Of a stretch of DNA of 64,000 bases, positions 12,976 to 25,693 are shown piece after piece (positions within the stretch are counted from its first letter, which is position 1; each line of letters begins with the position of its first letter). A program made the translations under genes and the position numbers. Under the pieces are notes generated by a model. It had not been told where the DNA came from. It did no database searches and was given only the letters and a program-made list of their open reading frames with translations. Source of the DNA: Podarcis liolepis (lineage: Eukaryota); the NCBI GenBank assembly GCA_965112155.1, contig OZ218104.1; one strand, written 5' to 3'.

Positions 12976-14078
12976 ATCATCCTTTTTAAAAAGCACTACT
13001 TGTGCGGGGATTTCATTATACTTGCCCAAAATCATCTTTCATAGGTTTGCTACAAAAATAAAAATACAAAACTGACACATGCCTCAGCTAGCCCAGGCCA
13101 TTGTGATCTGAAGTGCTTTCTGGAATGTGCATAGTGTTGGTTGACGTCACCAACAGCAAGCAAGAAAACACTCCCTCTTCCTTGTGACATCTCAAGGCAC
13201 CATTCAGCCTGCAAAGAGCAAGTTTGCACTGGACCAGAAACTGACTAATCTCCGGAATTAGTCCTTTGCCAGTTTCAACCCTTATTCCAATCGAGACCTT
13301 TTCAGGATTGGTCATTGGGCTAAAACTGATGATGGGGCTTTTCTGCTCCTTTCCCTCCCTTGAGGTTGGTTTCAGGTCTTTGTAGTCTTAAGTGTTCTCA
13401 TTTCGCAGGCTGGGGCCAAAATGGGGTGGCTGAACCAATATGGCTAACTGCTCTCATCCCCAATACACACAAGAACAAAAACCAGAATCTGCATAACAGT
13501 TACACTTGCTTTGCTCTGTGTAGATCGGCAAACAAGTGATTCAGGTTAAAGGCAGTCCTGTTGGTTAATGATCCCAGGGAATGACCTGAAGGCTCACACA
13601 CATCACAAAGCAAGCCTACTGCAGCAAAATAGCTTCAGCTCTGTTCAGTTCCTAGGTGAGAGACCATCTAGGAAACTCATGTATGTTGTCTTTAATGATG
13701 GGAAAAGGTGGAATATAAATTTGATTAAATAACACATAGTCCAGGGTTACATGTGTTTTTGTGCCCCCCTCCTTTCAAATCTGCACGTGGCAAACCCAAA
13801 TTATGTATATGTTTATTACATTTTATCTGTTTGACAAGCATTCACATAATTTGGATTCTTTAAGGAAGGGGTGAAGGGAACAAATGGACATGGAGACAAG
13901 AGAGGAGTTGGCAAGAAAACACTGGAGTATGATGCATTGGTCTGTGAAAACATTAACAAAACAAGTTGAGAAAATTATTTGCACATAGCATAGTAATAAC
14001 ACAATGCCTTATTTCTGCCAGTAGCATCCTCCTTAAACTCTCTCTGCTCTCCCCATTTCATTCTGTGTATTTAAACAG

Positions 14079-14300
14079 GTTGGAGGAATTAAGGACAAAG
14101 TTCTAGCAGCACACCGAGCTGGTCTAAAGCGAATTATCATTCCTCAAAGAAATGAAAAGGATCTTGAGGAGATTGCCGCCAACGTACGGCAGGATCTGAA
14201 TTTTGTGATGACAAGCTGCCTGGATGAAGTTCTTAATGCCGCTTTTGATGGGGGATTTTCAGCCAAGACAAAACTTGATCACTTCAACAGTAAACTCTAA
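14079..14300 (+). CDS. LONP2: LONP2 terminal coding exon with catalytic Lys region and C-terminal PTS1 (SKL)
   Basis: ttaaacag acceptor; VGGIKDKVLAAHRAGLKRIIIPQRNEKDLEEIAANVRQDLNFVMTSCLDEVLNAAFDGGFSAKTKLDHFNSKL then TAA at 14298-14300. Confidence 0.97.
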   Translation, partial: VGGIKDKVLAAHRAGLKRIIIPQRNEKDLEEIAANVRQDLNFVMTSCLDEVLNAAFDGGFSAKTKLDHFNSKL

Positions 14301-15241
14301 GCAGATTGACTTGGGCTCACTCAAGGAACAAAATGCAAAGCTGATGTTCATCTGGCAGGATGCAAAAAAAATGTGAGAGTGTTTAAAAGTGGCCAACACT
14401 GGAATGAGATTAGAATGTGTGAAAGGGCTCTTCTTCATTTGGCGGTACAAACTTGCTGCCCATTCTTACTGGTCTTTATGTGCATTAGTGGACAGGAGTC
14501 CAAAGAGATAGATTTGAATGCTAAGCTCTTAATTGTTAATCCCCTGTGCAATTAAGGGGTAGGCTGATACAGCAGCAGAATATCCAATCACATGATCCTC
14601 CATGAAATCTGCCTGTTAATTTATTGAAGCCTGCTTTCTTCCACCCCCACCCACCAAGAGCCTGATGCAAATGTTGAGATTTTACCTTGCTTTAATATCA
14701 GAGCTGTAGTTAAACTGTCACTGATGCCAAGCTACAGTATTGTTCACTTCGGGTTTTTAAGCTGAATGGGTATGCAAATGAATTAGTTCTGGTCTTGCAC
14801 ATGGGATTGTCCTGAGGTCTCATTCTTACAATAGACCAGGGACTTGCAGCTTTGAATCATAGGAGAGTCTCTGAAACTAGAAGAGTCTTAGAACAGTCTA
14901 GGAAGTGTTGCAACAGAGGTGGCGAATTGTGTCTTCACCATTGGCCTTGCTGGCTGGGAGAAGTCCTACAACATTTAGGGTCCAAAGGCTCCCCCACTCC
15001 TGCTTTAGAGAGTAACTGCATCGAATTTAGTCTGCTGCCCCGCTGCTCCTGACTGCTTTAAATTAATGAAGTGATTCATTTGAAATGGTAGAGGAAGAAG
15101 CAAAGCATTTCTAGACAATATATGGCCTGGCTGATTTGTTAATAATAGTGCTGTTAAAATAGTGTTTAATATCAGAAACTTAACTTTGATTATTATAAAA
15201 GACTTTATTGCCTTGAAAAGTTGTAATGAGATCAGACACAA

Positions 15242-15247
15242 AATAAA
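15242..15247 (+). terminator. Candidate LONP2 polyadenylation signal (proximal)
   Basis: AATAAA about 0.95 kb after the stop codon; motif only. Confidence 0.35.
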
Positions 15248-16122
15248 GAGCTGATGGTACACAAGAGCCAACTTTCCTTTCAGGCTGAAGGTTCTCCTAG
15301 CACTGATAACACTTTCTACATGGAATAAGAGCCACATCTGCAGTGGTTATGGTTAGGGAAACAAGTATATGAAAGAGAGAGGAGATCATTCTGGTAAAAA
15401 AAGGGGAAAATAATTATCTATTGATTGCCTGAAGTATCTCAAGATGCCAGCTGGCTCACAGGGGCATTTCTGAACAGAGGCTTGTTAGTGACATAACAGC
15501 TGTGAGAGATGTGACATACAGAAGAGAATGAGGTCTCCCAGACTGAGCAGTAGCAACTGTTCCCCCTGAGCAGCCCTATGGCTGTTGGACTCTAACTCCC
15601 ATCAGCCAGCCCCAGCCAGCATGCTCAATGGCTAAGGATAATGGGAGCGGTTGTCCCACAAAATATATTGTGGATGGTCATCATAGGGTGTTTTCAGAGC
15701 ACATTCATTCATTTCCACAAAGGAGTCCATTTGCGTTCGATACAAAATGGGTTGTTTACACAACCCAGTTACCTAAAGAATGCTCATTGGTTATTGCAGG
15801 GATGAGGAACTTGTGGCCTTCTGGACATTACTGTACTCTTAACTCCCATTATCCCTGACCTTACTGGCTAGAGTTAATGGGAGGTGGAGCCCTACACCAT
15901 CCACAGGAACACACGTTCCCCACCCCCTAGGTTATTTGAAGCTTTTGCTTGTCTAAAAACCTTCTGTTTCACGGAGGCCACACACAATGACTTCCGTTTA
16001 AATTACATTTTAAATAACCTTTTAAAGGTTATATAGCCTTACGTTTCGCACAGACACGTTTTCAGCATTCTGTTTCACATAAAAGAAGTTCTAGTAAACG
16101 TCAATCCATGTAGCATGGCATG

Positions 16123-16128
16123 AATAAA
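16123..16128 (+). terminator. Candidate LONP2 polyadenylation signal (distal)
   Basis: AATAAA with an upstream TGTA; motif only. Confidence 0.35.
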
Positions 16129-17495
16129 GCACAGTGCTTAAATGTCATATGATACTATGCAAGACAGCACTAGCCCTGGCCTTGTTCCATGGAATGTAGC
16201 TTGGGCATGTGAGCGAGAGATGCATCCTTCACAGGGCTTAATATATGACTGCAATTTTGGCTTTTAAGAACTCCATGTGCAACACACTACTTGACTAGTG
16301 TACAAAATCATACCATAGGGACGGAAGGGGGTATTTCTTACCACACCCAGTGCTCAAAGGACATGGGGTTCTGCAACCCACCGCAGGCTACAGGCACTTT
16401 GATTTGATTGATAGATGTGAACACACGAGCAGCACTACTTTATTGTACAAAGTTGTGGGTACAATTAGTATTTATGGGAATTTTGTTTTACAAACATACA
16501 AGGCTACAGGCAAGCACTTCAGATACGCAGTGTGGTGTTGGATCACTTTCCACTGCATTTTATTTATTGCTCTTTCAGCTGTTCCTGCCCCTCCCCCATC
16601 TTCTCCCACATCAAGCAGGGCAAATCTATTCTGGTCATGAATAGCTCAGGGCTTCTGAAGTCACAACCTCATCACACCCAGAGGTATTTGATCAATGCAA
16701 GATTGCAAGCGATACTGGTAGAGTCAGCTTGCTTAAACCATTTTTGACACACCCACTATTTTGACACTCTTGGAAATATGCTCCCTGCCACAAACTCTGT
16801 GTGTTTAAATGGGCCAGCTGCAATTCCTTTTGTTCACTCTCAAAATAAGCTTTCATCATAATTGCCCCACACAAGCCCAGCTTTTGGTTCATATATTCAG
16901 TACTGCTCTTTAAAAACGTTTTCAAAGCCACTGGGAAATTTTCAATAACTTAGGGCTGCACAGTGCTGTGCACTTACTTAGAAGCAAGTCTCGCAGAATG
17001 CAATGAGGCTTGCTTTTGCACGCAAACGTAGGATTGCAGGCTTATCATGACATCAACTGAAAACAATCTAGTCAAGTACAGCAACCCTCACCCTAGGACA
17101 ACTGAGTCCTGCAAAAGAACAATAGTTGTTTTAGAACTCCTAGTAAATATTTTACTTTTGAGTGTCAACCAACATATAGAGGTGATCTAGTCAACACTGT
17201 GTACATAGGGTTGTATCCAATTCAAGAGTGGGCCCAATAAAATAAATGGGCGTAAGTTAGGTATATCCATTACTTTCAATAGATCTGCTCTAAGTAGGAA
17301 AAACACTGGAAACAACTCTGACTTTGAAAAAACCCTTCACAAAAAATACTTGAGTAAGCTTCGTAGTTATGGGATAAGAGGACCTCCTAATGGAGAGTGA
17401 GATAGTGGAGTCCCCTTCGTTTCAGTATTGCAACCTGTGCTTTTCAACATGTTTATTTATAGATGTGTTTGATAAATGTATTTATAAACCACCAA

Positions 17496-17531
<36 letters not shown>
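17496..17531. repeat. (CTAT)n microsatellite
   Basis: Direct reading. Confidence 0.95.
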
Positions 17532-19089
17532 TGTGGTGTAAAATAATAATAATTTGTTAATTTATTATTTGTACTGCATCCATCTGACTGGGCTGCCCCA
17601 ACCACTCTAGGCGGCTGATTAAAATCATTTAAAAAATCATAAAACACAAAGCCAACAACCAACCCTGAATCAAAGTAATTCTCTACAAAACACTTGGCAA
17701 CAAAACATTGTAATTGCCTGTTTAATTTCCATGGGAACAGTTATCCAAAGTACTAGCGCCATGATGCTAAAAGCTTTAGTTCTCATACACACTAAACAGA
17801 AATGAGGGTGGCATTTGATTATTGTAGTGATAAGAGACAAGGGAAGCCGTGATATTCTACCTCCTCTGTCAGCAGCAATCAGAAAACCAGTTTCTGGAAA
17901 TTGCAAGAGGAGAGAGTGTTGTTGCACTCAGGCCCCGCTTGCAGGCTTCCCACAGCCATCTGGTGATCACTGTAAGAACAGGATGCTGGACTAGATGGGC
18001 CTTTTGGACCAAGTCAGTGGGGCTCTTCTTATGCAGTGTATCCTCAACTTCTAACAGATGCCTAAAAACCTAGACAGCCATGTAAGGATACTGTAAGCTG
18101 TTAGGTACTCAAGTCCCCACTTCTTGTCCTATTTTTCTTTCCCAGCTGACAGCCAACATGCTGACTGCTGACCATGCTCCATTATCATCAGACTAAATTT
18201 GTATTGGGCCACTGCAGAAAAGGCCCTCACTAGAACTTTTTAGATGAGTCTTGTTTAAAAGGGAGAAAGCAGGGTATACAATTAGGGCACCAGGCAGCAA
18301 ATGCATATAGATGAAGCCCTCCTCTTCCTAAATATATTTTCTCCAGACAGAGAACTGAAACCCTAAGGGGAGGACACACACGCGCGTCATTCCTGGAGTT
18401 TCCTTTCTCTTGGCTCCCGTTAACCAGCTTATTTTTATCGTTCTTGAACCCTGCTCAATTTGTATTTGTCAGTGGGAGATTCTTCCTTGGCTCAGAAGCG
18501 GGGAGATTCCTCAGCTAATCTTTTCCCTCCTCTGCTCCTGTAGAGCAAGCTTTGTGGGAAATTTTGCCCTCCGACCCTCACTGCTAAGGAATGCAACCCT
18601 TTGTCTTCCTGCTAGCCAGTCTGGAGACACTTGATGAGAAAATCCTGCAGGCACCCCTTGCCTCTCCTGGAATGGGAAGCTACCCCGCCTGAAGTTATAG
18701 GAAGCCACTGGCCCAGGCAGGAAATGTTAATGGAGAACTGGGAGGGAGAACTGATTGAACTTCCCTTTTGAAAAAGCTCTGTAAGCTCCCCTTCCAACAC
18801 ATCACTGAGTCATGATTCAAAGCAAGCTGCTAGGCATTGCTGTGAAATCACCCTTTCCATCTACTCCAAATCCAGGGCATGAAAAAATTATCTTGAACCA
18901 GAAGGAAAGTATTCCTTAGTGCAGCAACTCTAACTCCCAAACTCTGGTCTATGAGCCACATACAGGTGGTCCATGGTATAGCCCCATTAGATATCATGTG
19001 TTTAATTATACTTTTGTTGCTTCTTTTATTGTAATCCTAAATGCACTTTACTGTACTATAATCTGAATTCTACGATTCAAACTGTAATA

Positions 19090-19295
19090 CAGTGGTACCT
19101 TGGTTTACAACCATAATCCGTTCCGGAGGTCCATTTGTAAACCAAAACAGGTTGTAACCCAAGGCACGCTTTTGCCAATGGGGCCTCAAAAAAAAGGGGG
19201 GAAGGGTTGTAATCCAAAAAAAGGTTGCAACCCGGGACATGCACTTCCGGGTTTGATGTGTGTAATCCAAACTTAGGCAAACCAAGGTACCACTG
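19090..19295. mobile_element. Tc1/mariner-type MITE
   Basis: TIR cagtggtaccttggttt; TA TSD. Confidence 0.85.
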
Positions 19296-22075
19296 TACAG
19301 TATAATACAATGTAAGAAATAAAAGCAGCAATAAAAATAGATTAAGAATGGTACAGCATCTAGCACAGCACATTGCAAAAGGCAGCTGAAATATCAGAGC
19401 TATAGTCAAATTGTCACTGATGCCAAGCTACAGTCTTCTACTTGAGTAAGCTTCGTAAAAAGAAAAATAGAATTTCAGTAAAGGAAGGTTACAGCAGGGA
19501 TCAACACTTCACTACCCCACCCCCCAAAAAAATTCCACATTACAACCAAAAGTTCATAGGGAGACATCTCCAACCAAGGAGGCAGCTCCAAGATATTACT
19601 CCAAAATGGAAGAATGAATACACATCTCCTGTCCCATTGGTTATTGAATATGTGGTCATAATTCTGTTTCAGCAGGATTTGATGCCATAATACTGTTCCC
19701 ACCCTATTCTTCCAAAGGCCTGTGCAGGCAGCCACTGTAGGGGGCTCAAGAATGAAAAGCAACCAAGTAAACACTTCCTTTTTAATACAGCCAGGCTGCA
19801 TCATTGTCTGTCTTGAAATTTGTATTTCACAAAGGGGAAAACACACATAATGCTTTCCCTCCAATTATTGCATGTATACATGAGCTGAAAGCAGCCAAGG
19901 ATGGGGCTAGGGACTGCCCTAAACACTGTGACACAAAATAAAATTGATGCTCTGGAAAAACCCACTTTGTTCATTCTCTCGTTACATGTCATAGCAACAT
20001 AGACTCCTACAAAGCCCCACACCCATATGCTAATATTTCATTTCCATAGTCCATTTCTGAATTTAACCCAGCAAGTATAACAGGAGTCTCCAGTAACAAA
20101 AGAGATTCAAACCGGTCTAACTTGCACATCAAAAGCCAGGATGTTAAGTGTAGTGTATGAACAAAGGATCTGAGATTTGTTTACCTCTTTTGTTCTCTCA
20201 CATCTCTGACTTTCTAAGCACGAAGGTTTCAACCCTAAACACACCATTACTAGGAAGTAGTTCTTACTGAAAACAGTTGGTTTTACTTACAGGTGAAGAT
20301 GTGTAGAAGAGGGCTGCACACATTTTTTTAACTGTTACATAGGCAGTCTATTTTCTCCATTAAAAAGGGCACACGAGGACAACCTGGATCTGACTGCAGT
20401 GCATTCAGCTTTTTTTTTTAAGGCAGTAACAACATTGCCTCACTCCTCAAAACCATTTTTATAAACCTGGTAAAGGAGTCTGCCGCTGATGCTGCAGCAA
20501 TGGCTCTCACTTCAAGCTGCATGAGAGTGAGAAGCCACAGGGCAACAAGAACAAATCAGCAGCTACTTTCTGTTTCATTAAGCAAATGTGTGGCATTCAT
20601 CTTGGACCATTTAAAAAAAATTTTAAAAATAAAAAATGTCTGTGCATGTCAACTAGAATTGCTCCCCAACTGATCTGGATTATTATTATTTTTTTCAGAA
20701 AAGAAAAATCCACCGGAGAGCTGCTGGTGATCAGGGTATACACTAGCAGCTTAGACAGACTCTGGGCAGCTTCATTATGACTTGGCACATAGTTTGAAGG
20801 CACATAGTGCAACTGATTTGCTGACGCTAAGCAAGTTTAGATCTGGGCAGGGTCTGAAAAGCTTCCATGTTCATTGCTTTGAGTTCCATCCCGGAGGACA
20901 GGGGAGATATACATATTAAAAATATATGTAACCTTAGTTATACTGCCAAGTGGGTTTGCAAACATTCCCAGAACACAAGATAATTCAGGAAACTCAAAGA
21001 AAAACCTTTGCAAAGTCAGTAGTGCAGCAGTTCAACACCTAAATCCTATATGGCTAGGATCCATGTTACCTGAAAGATTATCTCTCTTTTTGAACCTGCC
21101 CTGGTGCTAAGATCTGTGGGAGAGCATCTTCTCTTGGTCCCATCAACATCAAAGTTGGTGGTGACACGAGAGCAAGCCTTTTCCTATATTGTGGGATTCC
21201 CTCACAAAAGGGGTTAGACCAGATCTCTGTTATCATTTCACCAGTAGGTTAAGAACTTCCTATTTAGACAGAGCTTTAAAAAGCAGGTGCAGTTTATGTT
21301 CACTACTGGGCTGCTTGTTATCAGGGCAATCAGTATGTTAATACTGGCTCTAAGTGTGTTTTACCGTATTTTAACTATTGTTTTTAACTAGATTGTTTTT
21401 ATTACTTCACATTTTAAAATGTTTTTAAAACTGTTGTAAGCTGCCTTGAATCCCAACTTTGGAGAAAGGTGGAATAGAAATACTTTAAATAAACAAACAA
21501 ATCCAGCATAATTGGCTGCAGTATGCACAATGGTCCAAGGTGCTCTCTAAGTATATTTGCAATGTCACAGAAAACAGCAGGGCAGAGATTCTCAGAAAAC
21601 ATACAGCTGCCAAGATGCATGCCATCCAAATTGCATGCCATTTCACTGATGCCCTGAAACGTATCACTGTCCAAAGCAAGGTTATCTTAAAATATCTGCA
21701 TAATTCTTACTCAGTTTCAATGCCCTTCCTTAAATACAAGGGGGAAAGAGGGGCAAACATTCAGAAGTAAACTTCAGAGTCAAATGACCCCCCCAAACAA
21801 AAAAAAATCAGAAAAAGGATTTATGCAAATACATTGATTGGTTATGTGTACATTACACCTTAAAGTGAGCAGAGCCCTGCTGGATCAAGACAATGCCCCA
21901 ACTAGTCCAGTACTTTGTTCTCACTGCAGCCAACTGGATGCCTGTGGAAAGCCCACAAGGAGGACCAAAATGCAACAGTGGTTTATCTATTTGAAATTCC
22001 CAGCAACTAGAATTCAGAGACATACTGCCTCCACCATCAGAGACAGAACCAAGCAATTGTGACTAGTATTATTAA

Positions 22076-23881
22076 CAAAACAAATTCCTTCCATCCAGTA
22101 GCACCTTGGAGACCAACTAAGTTTGTTATTGGTATGAGCTTTCATGTGCATGCACACTTCTTCAGATACACTGAAACAGAAGTCACCAGACCCTGATATA
22201 TAGTGAGATGGTGGGGAGGGGCATTACTCAGGATAGTGGGAATGGGTGATTGGCTGATAGGTGTGGTAAACCTGTTGACAACTGTTAACGACTGCAATTG
22301 GTCTTACAGGAAAAAGCAAGGGGTGAGATGGCTTTAAATAGCTTTATCGTGTATAATGAGATAAGAATCCAATGTCTCTATTCAGACCACGTCTCTCCAT
22401 GGTTTTAAGCTTGGTAATAAGTTGCAATTCAGCAACTTCTCTTTCCAGTCTATTTCTGAAATTCTTTTGTAATAAGACAGCTACTTTGAGATCTTGTATA
22501 GAAGGTCCTGGGAGATTAAAGTGCTCTCCTACTGGTTTCTCTGTCTTGTTATTCCTGATATCAGATTTATGTCCATTTATCCTTTGGCGTAGGGTTTGGC
22601 CTTTTTGTCCAATATAGAGAGATGAAGGGCATTGTTGGCATTTGATGGCATACACAATGTTAGATGAGCAATTAAATAGTCCTGAGATGGTATGTTTTAT
22701 GTTGTTGGGGCCAGTAATGGTGTTGTCCGGGTGTATGTGTCAGCAAAGTTGGCATCTGGGTTTATTGTAGGCTCTGGTACCAGTGTCCATGTTAAGTCTG
22801 GTTGTTTAAGATTGGGTGGCTGTCTGTAGGCAATGAAAGGTCTTCTTCCCAGAGCTTGAGAAAGAACTGTCATTTTCTAGGAGAGGTTGTAGATCTCTGA
22901 TGATGCGTTGAACTGTTTTAACTTGGGAGCTACAAGTGATTACTAGTGGTGTTGCTATTTTCTTTTTTGGGTCTGTCTTGCAGCAAGTTCTCTTTGAGTA
23001 TCAGTCTGGCTCTGTTGATCTGTTGTTTAACTTCATCAGGTGGGTATTTTAGTTCTAAAAAGGTTTGCCGTAGATCTCTTAGGTGAATGTCTCTGTCTGT
23101 AGAGTTGGAACAGATGCGGGTGTAATGTAGGGCCTGGCTATATACAATGGATTGTTTGATATGTTTGGTATGGTAGCTAGAAGCATGTAGATATGTTTGT
23201 CGGTCAGTTGGTTTACGGTATAAGGTGGTGTCTATACGCCCATCCTGTATTTTTATAGTAGTGTCCAAAAATGTATTTCTTGCATAGATTGGTTCATTGT
23301 TAGGTTGATGGTGGGGTGAAAGTCATTGAATGTCTGGTGGAAGGTGTCCAGGGTCTGCTGACCATGTGTCCAGATAATAAAAATCGTCAACATATCGCAG
23401 GTATAAGATAGGTTTGAGTGGGTAGGAGTTTAGGAAATGCTGTTCTAAATCTGCCATGAAGCTGTTGGCATACTGTGGGGCCATGTGGGTGCCCATTGCT
23501 GTGCTACTGATATGGAGGAACAGGTCATCACCAAATTTGAAGTTGTTGTGGGTAAGGACAAATGGCAGAGTTTGGTAGCAAAGTCCGCTGTGATTTTATT
23601 TGAAATGGTGTTCCTTATAGCTTGTAATCCATCGCTGTGCGGGATGTTGGTATACAGAGATTCCACATCCATAGTGGCTAGTATAGTATTGTTAGGAAGA
23701 TTATTCAAAGATTGTATTTTCCTCAGAAAATCTGTGGTGCCACATACGTAGCTGGGAGCACTGATGGCATATGGTTTCAAAACAGAGTCCATATAACCGG
23801 AAACACCCACAGTAATAGTGCCAATACCTGAGATAATGGGGCATCCTGGATTTCCTGGTTTGAGTATTTTAGGTAGAAGAC
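22076..23881 (-). mobile_element. 5'-truncated, decayed Penelope-like retroelement (RT plus GIY-YIG endonuclease, probably Neptune-type)
   Basis: RT motifs LATMDVESLYTNIP, TAMGTHMAPQYAN, YLRYVDD and TTLYRKPTDRQTYL; Cys-rich linker KPRCQLC; GIY-YIG domain VYAIKCQQCPSSLYIGQ...RINGHKS...EHFN. Several frameshifts and stops. Possible degenerate TSD agtattattaa (22065) / agtatttttaa (23882). Confidence 0.92.
22132..22169 (-). ncRNA. Minimal type I hammerhead ribozyme motif in the PLE 3' repeat
   Basis: Minus strand reads GUAU-CUGAAGA-A-GUGUGCAUGCACAU-GAAA-GC-UC-AUAC: core boxes, stem II, palindromic AGCU stem III and a 4-bp stem I. Confidence 0.7.
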
Positions 23882-24857
23882 AGTATTTTTAAGCAAGCTT
23901 AATACGCAACAGGCTGAATGGCACTTACCTTAATGCAGCTGCTCATTTCATACCTGCTTTGAAGTCAAAACTAATTAGTAGCACAGTCAATATCCTGTTA
24001 AAGCAAACTGCAATCTATTGAATTCTAGATTACAACTAAATATTTACATATAACATAGCAGTTTGGGGGGGGGGAGGAAATGGGCAGGATCAGCCATATT
24101 TAAGTACTTTGAAGTACTTTGATAACCAAGGAATTGCATGTGGGAGAGTGACTGGGCTGATTACCAGGACAGAGTGCTTCATTCTTCCTCTACACAAAGT
24201 ATAGAAATCATTGGGCTGCCAGAGAAAGGAAATCCCACTGCCACCTCACCTAGCACAGAAGCTCTACAGCTGTCCTCTGCTAGCCTATGACAGACTAGTA
24301 ACTCTCCTGAGCTTAGTCACAAGACTGATTCAGCCACAGCAGACATGGAGAAGTACCCCTCACACAGTGTATTCAAACCCTCTCTCCTCCCAGTTCCCTA
24401 TCTGCATTGTGCTGAAGCTTGCCTTGTGCGTCTTGGTGAAATGAGGTTCTTTTTGTGCCTCACCTATCTGCATCCAGCAGCCTTCTGCTTCCTAGACCCC
24501 CTTCCCACCACAGTGCTATTCCAGCTGTTGAATAGATAGAATATTTCCCATTCTTGCATTGATTCCTGCCTGCCCCTTCTATTAAAGGAATCCTTATAGA
24601 TTACTTTTAATCTTTCACAAGCACTTCCCTCAGGATAACTTTTAAGACATGCAGAGTGTTCATCTGTGTAATCCGCACAAAAATTAAGAGAGCCTTGGCA
24701 CAGATCCCATTGGCAAAACAAAAGTAAACACAAAAGAAATATCACATTGGTTGACATTTCTGGAAAGTAGATGCAGCACTAAGCCCTGCATGTTGAATCC
24801 CAGAAATCCCAACCATTAACGTTCCAGAAAAAAGGTCAGGTCAAAGAATGGCTGCTA

Positions 24858-24891
24858 CCACCACCACCACCACCACCACCACCACCACCAC
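24858..24891. repeat. (CCA)n microsatellite
   Basis: Direct reading. Confidence 0.95.
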
Positions 24892-25687
24892 TGGGAATTC
24901 CTCTAGGAGCTAGGAACACTATCAGTGTTCCCCTTGTGCAAGAACAGGCAGCATATCCTTGGACAAAGGAACAAGGAATTCTGAGCAATGTTGCATTCAA
25001 GTGAGCTTCTATTCCGTTAAGGCAAAAAATTCACTTAAAAGAGTTTTCAGTTTGCCAGGAATTCTTTTAATGACAGAATTTAAAAAAGACCAAAAACAGC
25101 TTATTTCAACTGCCTCATTTAAACAAATGGTCTGTAATTTATAGTTACAAATACTGTATAGACAATGCCTTCTTGTACTGCACAACCAATAAATACAAGA
25201 ATGACTTCAAAATGTCTAAAGGTCTCTAAAGTCATTTGAAAATGTGCCTGACCTTCCACTTTTTTAAATTAGAACATTCTCAAACAAATCTGCAGTTATG
25301 CTTGAACTCAAAATACAATGGCATCTACAATTTAAAAGAAGCCTTTTTAGGAATCAGTTCAATGTTGCCCCTTTTTAGACACTGTTATGTTCACAAAAAT
25401 AGCTGAATGAACAACAGTATCATTGAATGAACTACTGGAAAGAGACTAAGGACTTCAATCCTTTGCAGAGTTACTCAGGTTTAAGTTCCATATAGGTCCA
25501 CAGGACTTATCTGTACTATATAACCACTGGCAGGATTGCACCCCCCTAAAAATGATACCAAACATACAGAAGTATACACTTTACCATAAGTAATTATAAG
25601 TATCAGAAAATGGACACCTGTAATTAATCTCAAAGGGTCAAAAAAAGGAAAAAGGAAAAACCTGAATTACATAAAAGAAAAAAATCA

Positions 25688-25693
25688 TTTATT
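25688..25693 (-). terminator. SIAH1 proximal polyadenylation signal
   Basis: AATAAA on - about 560 nt after the stop codon, followed by a U-rich downstream tract. Confidence 0.7.
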
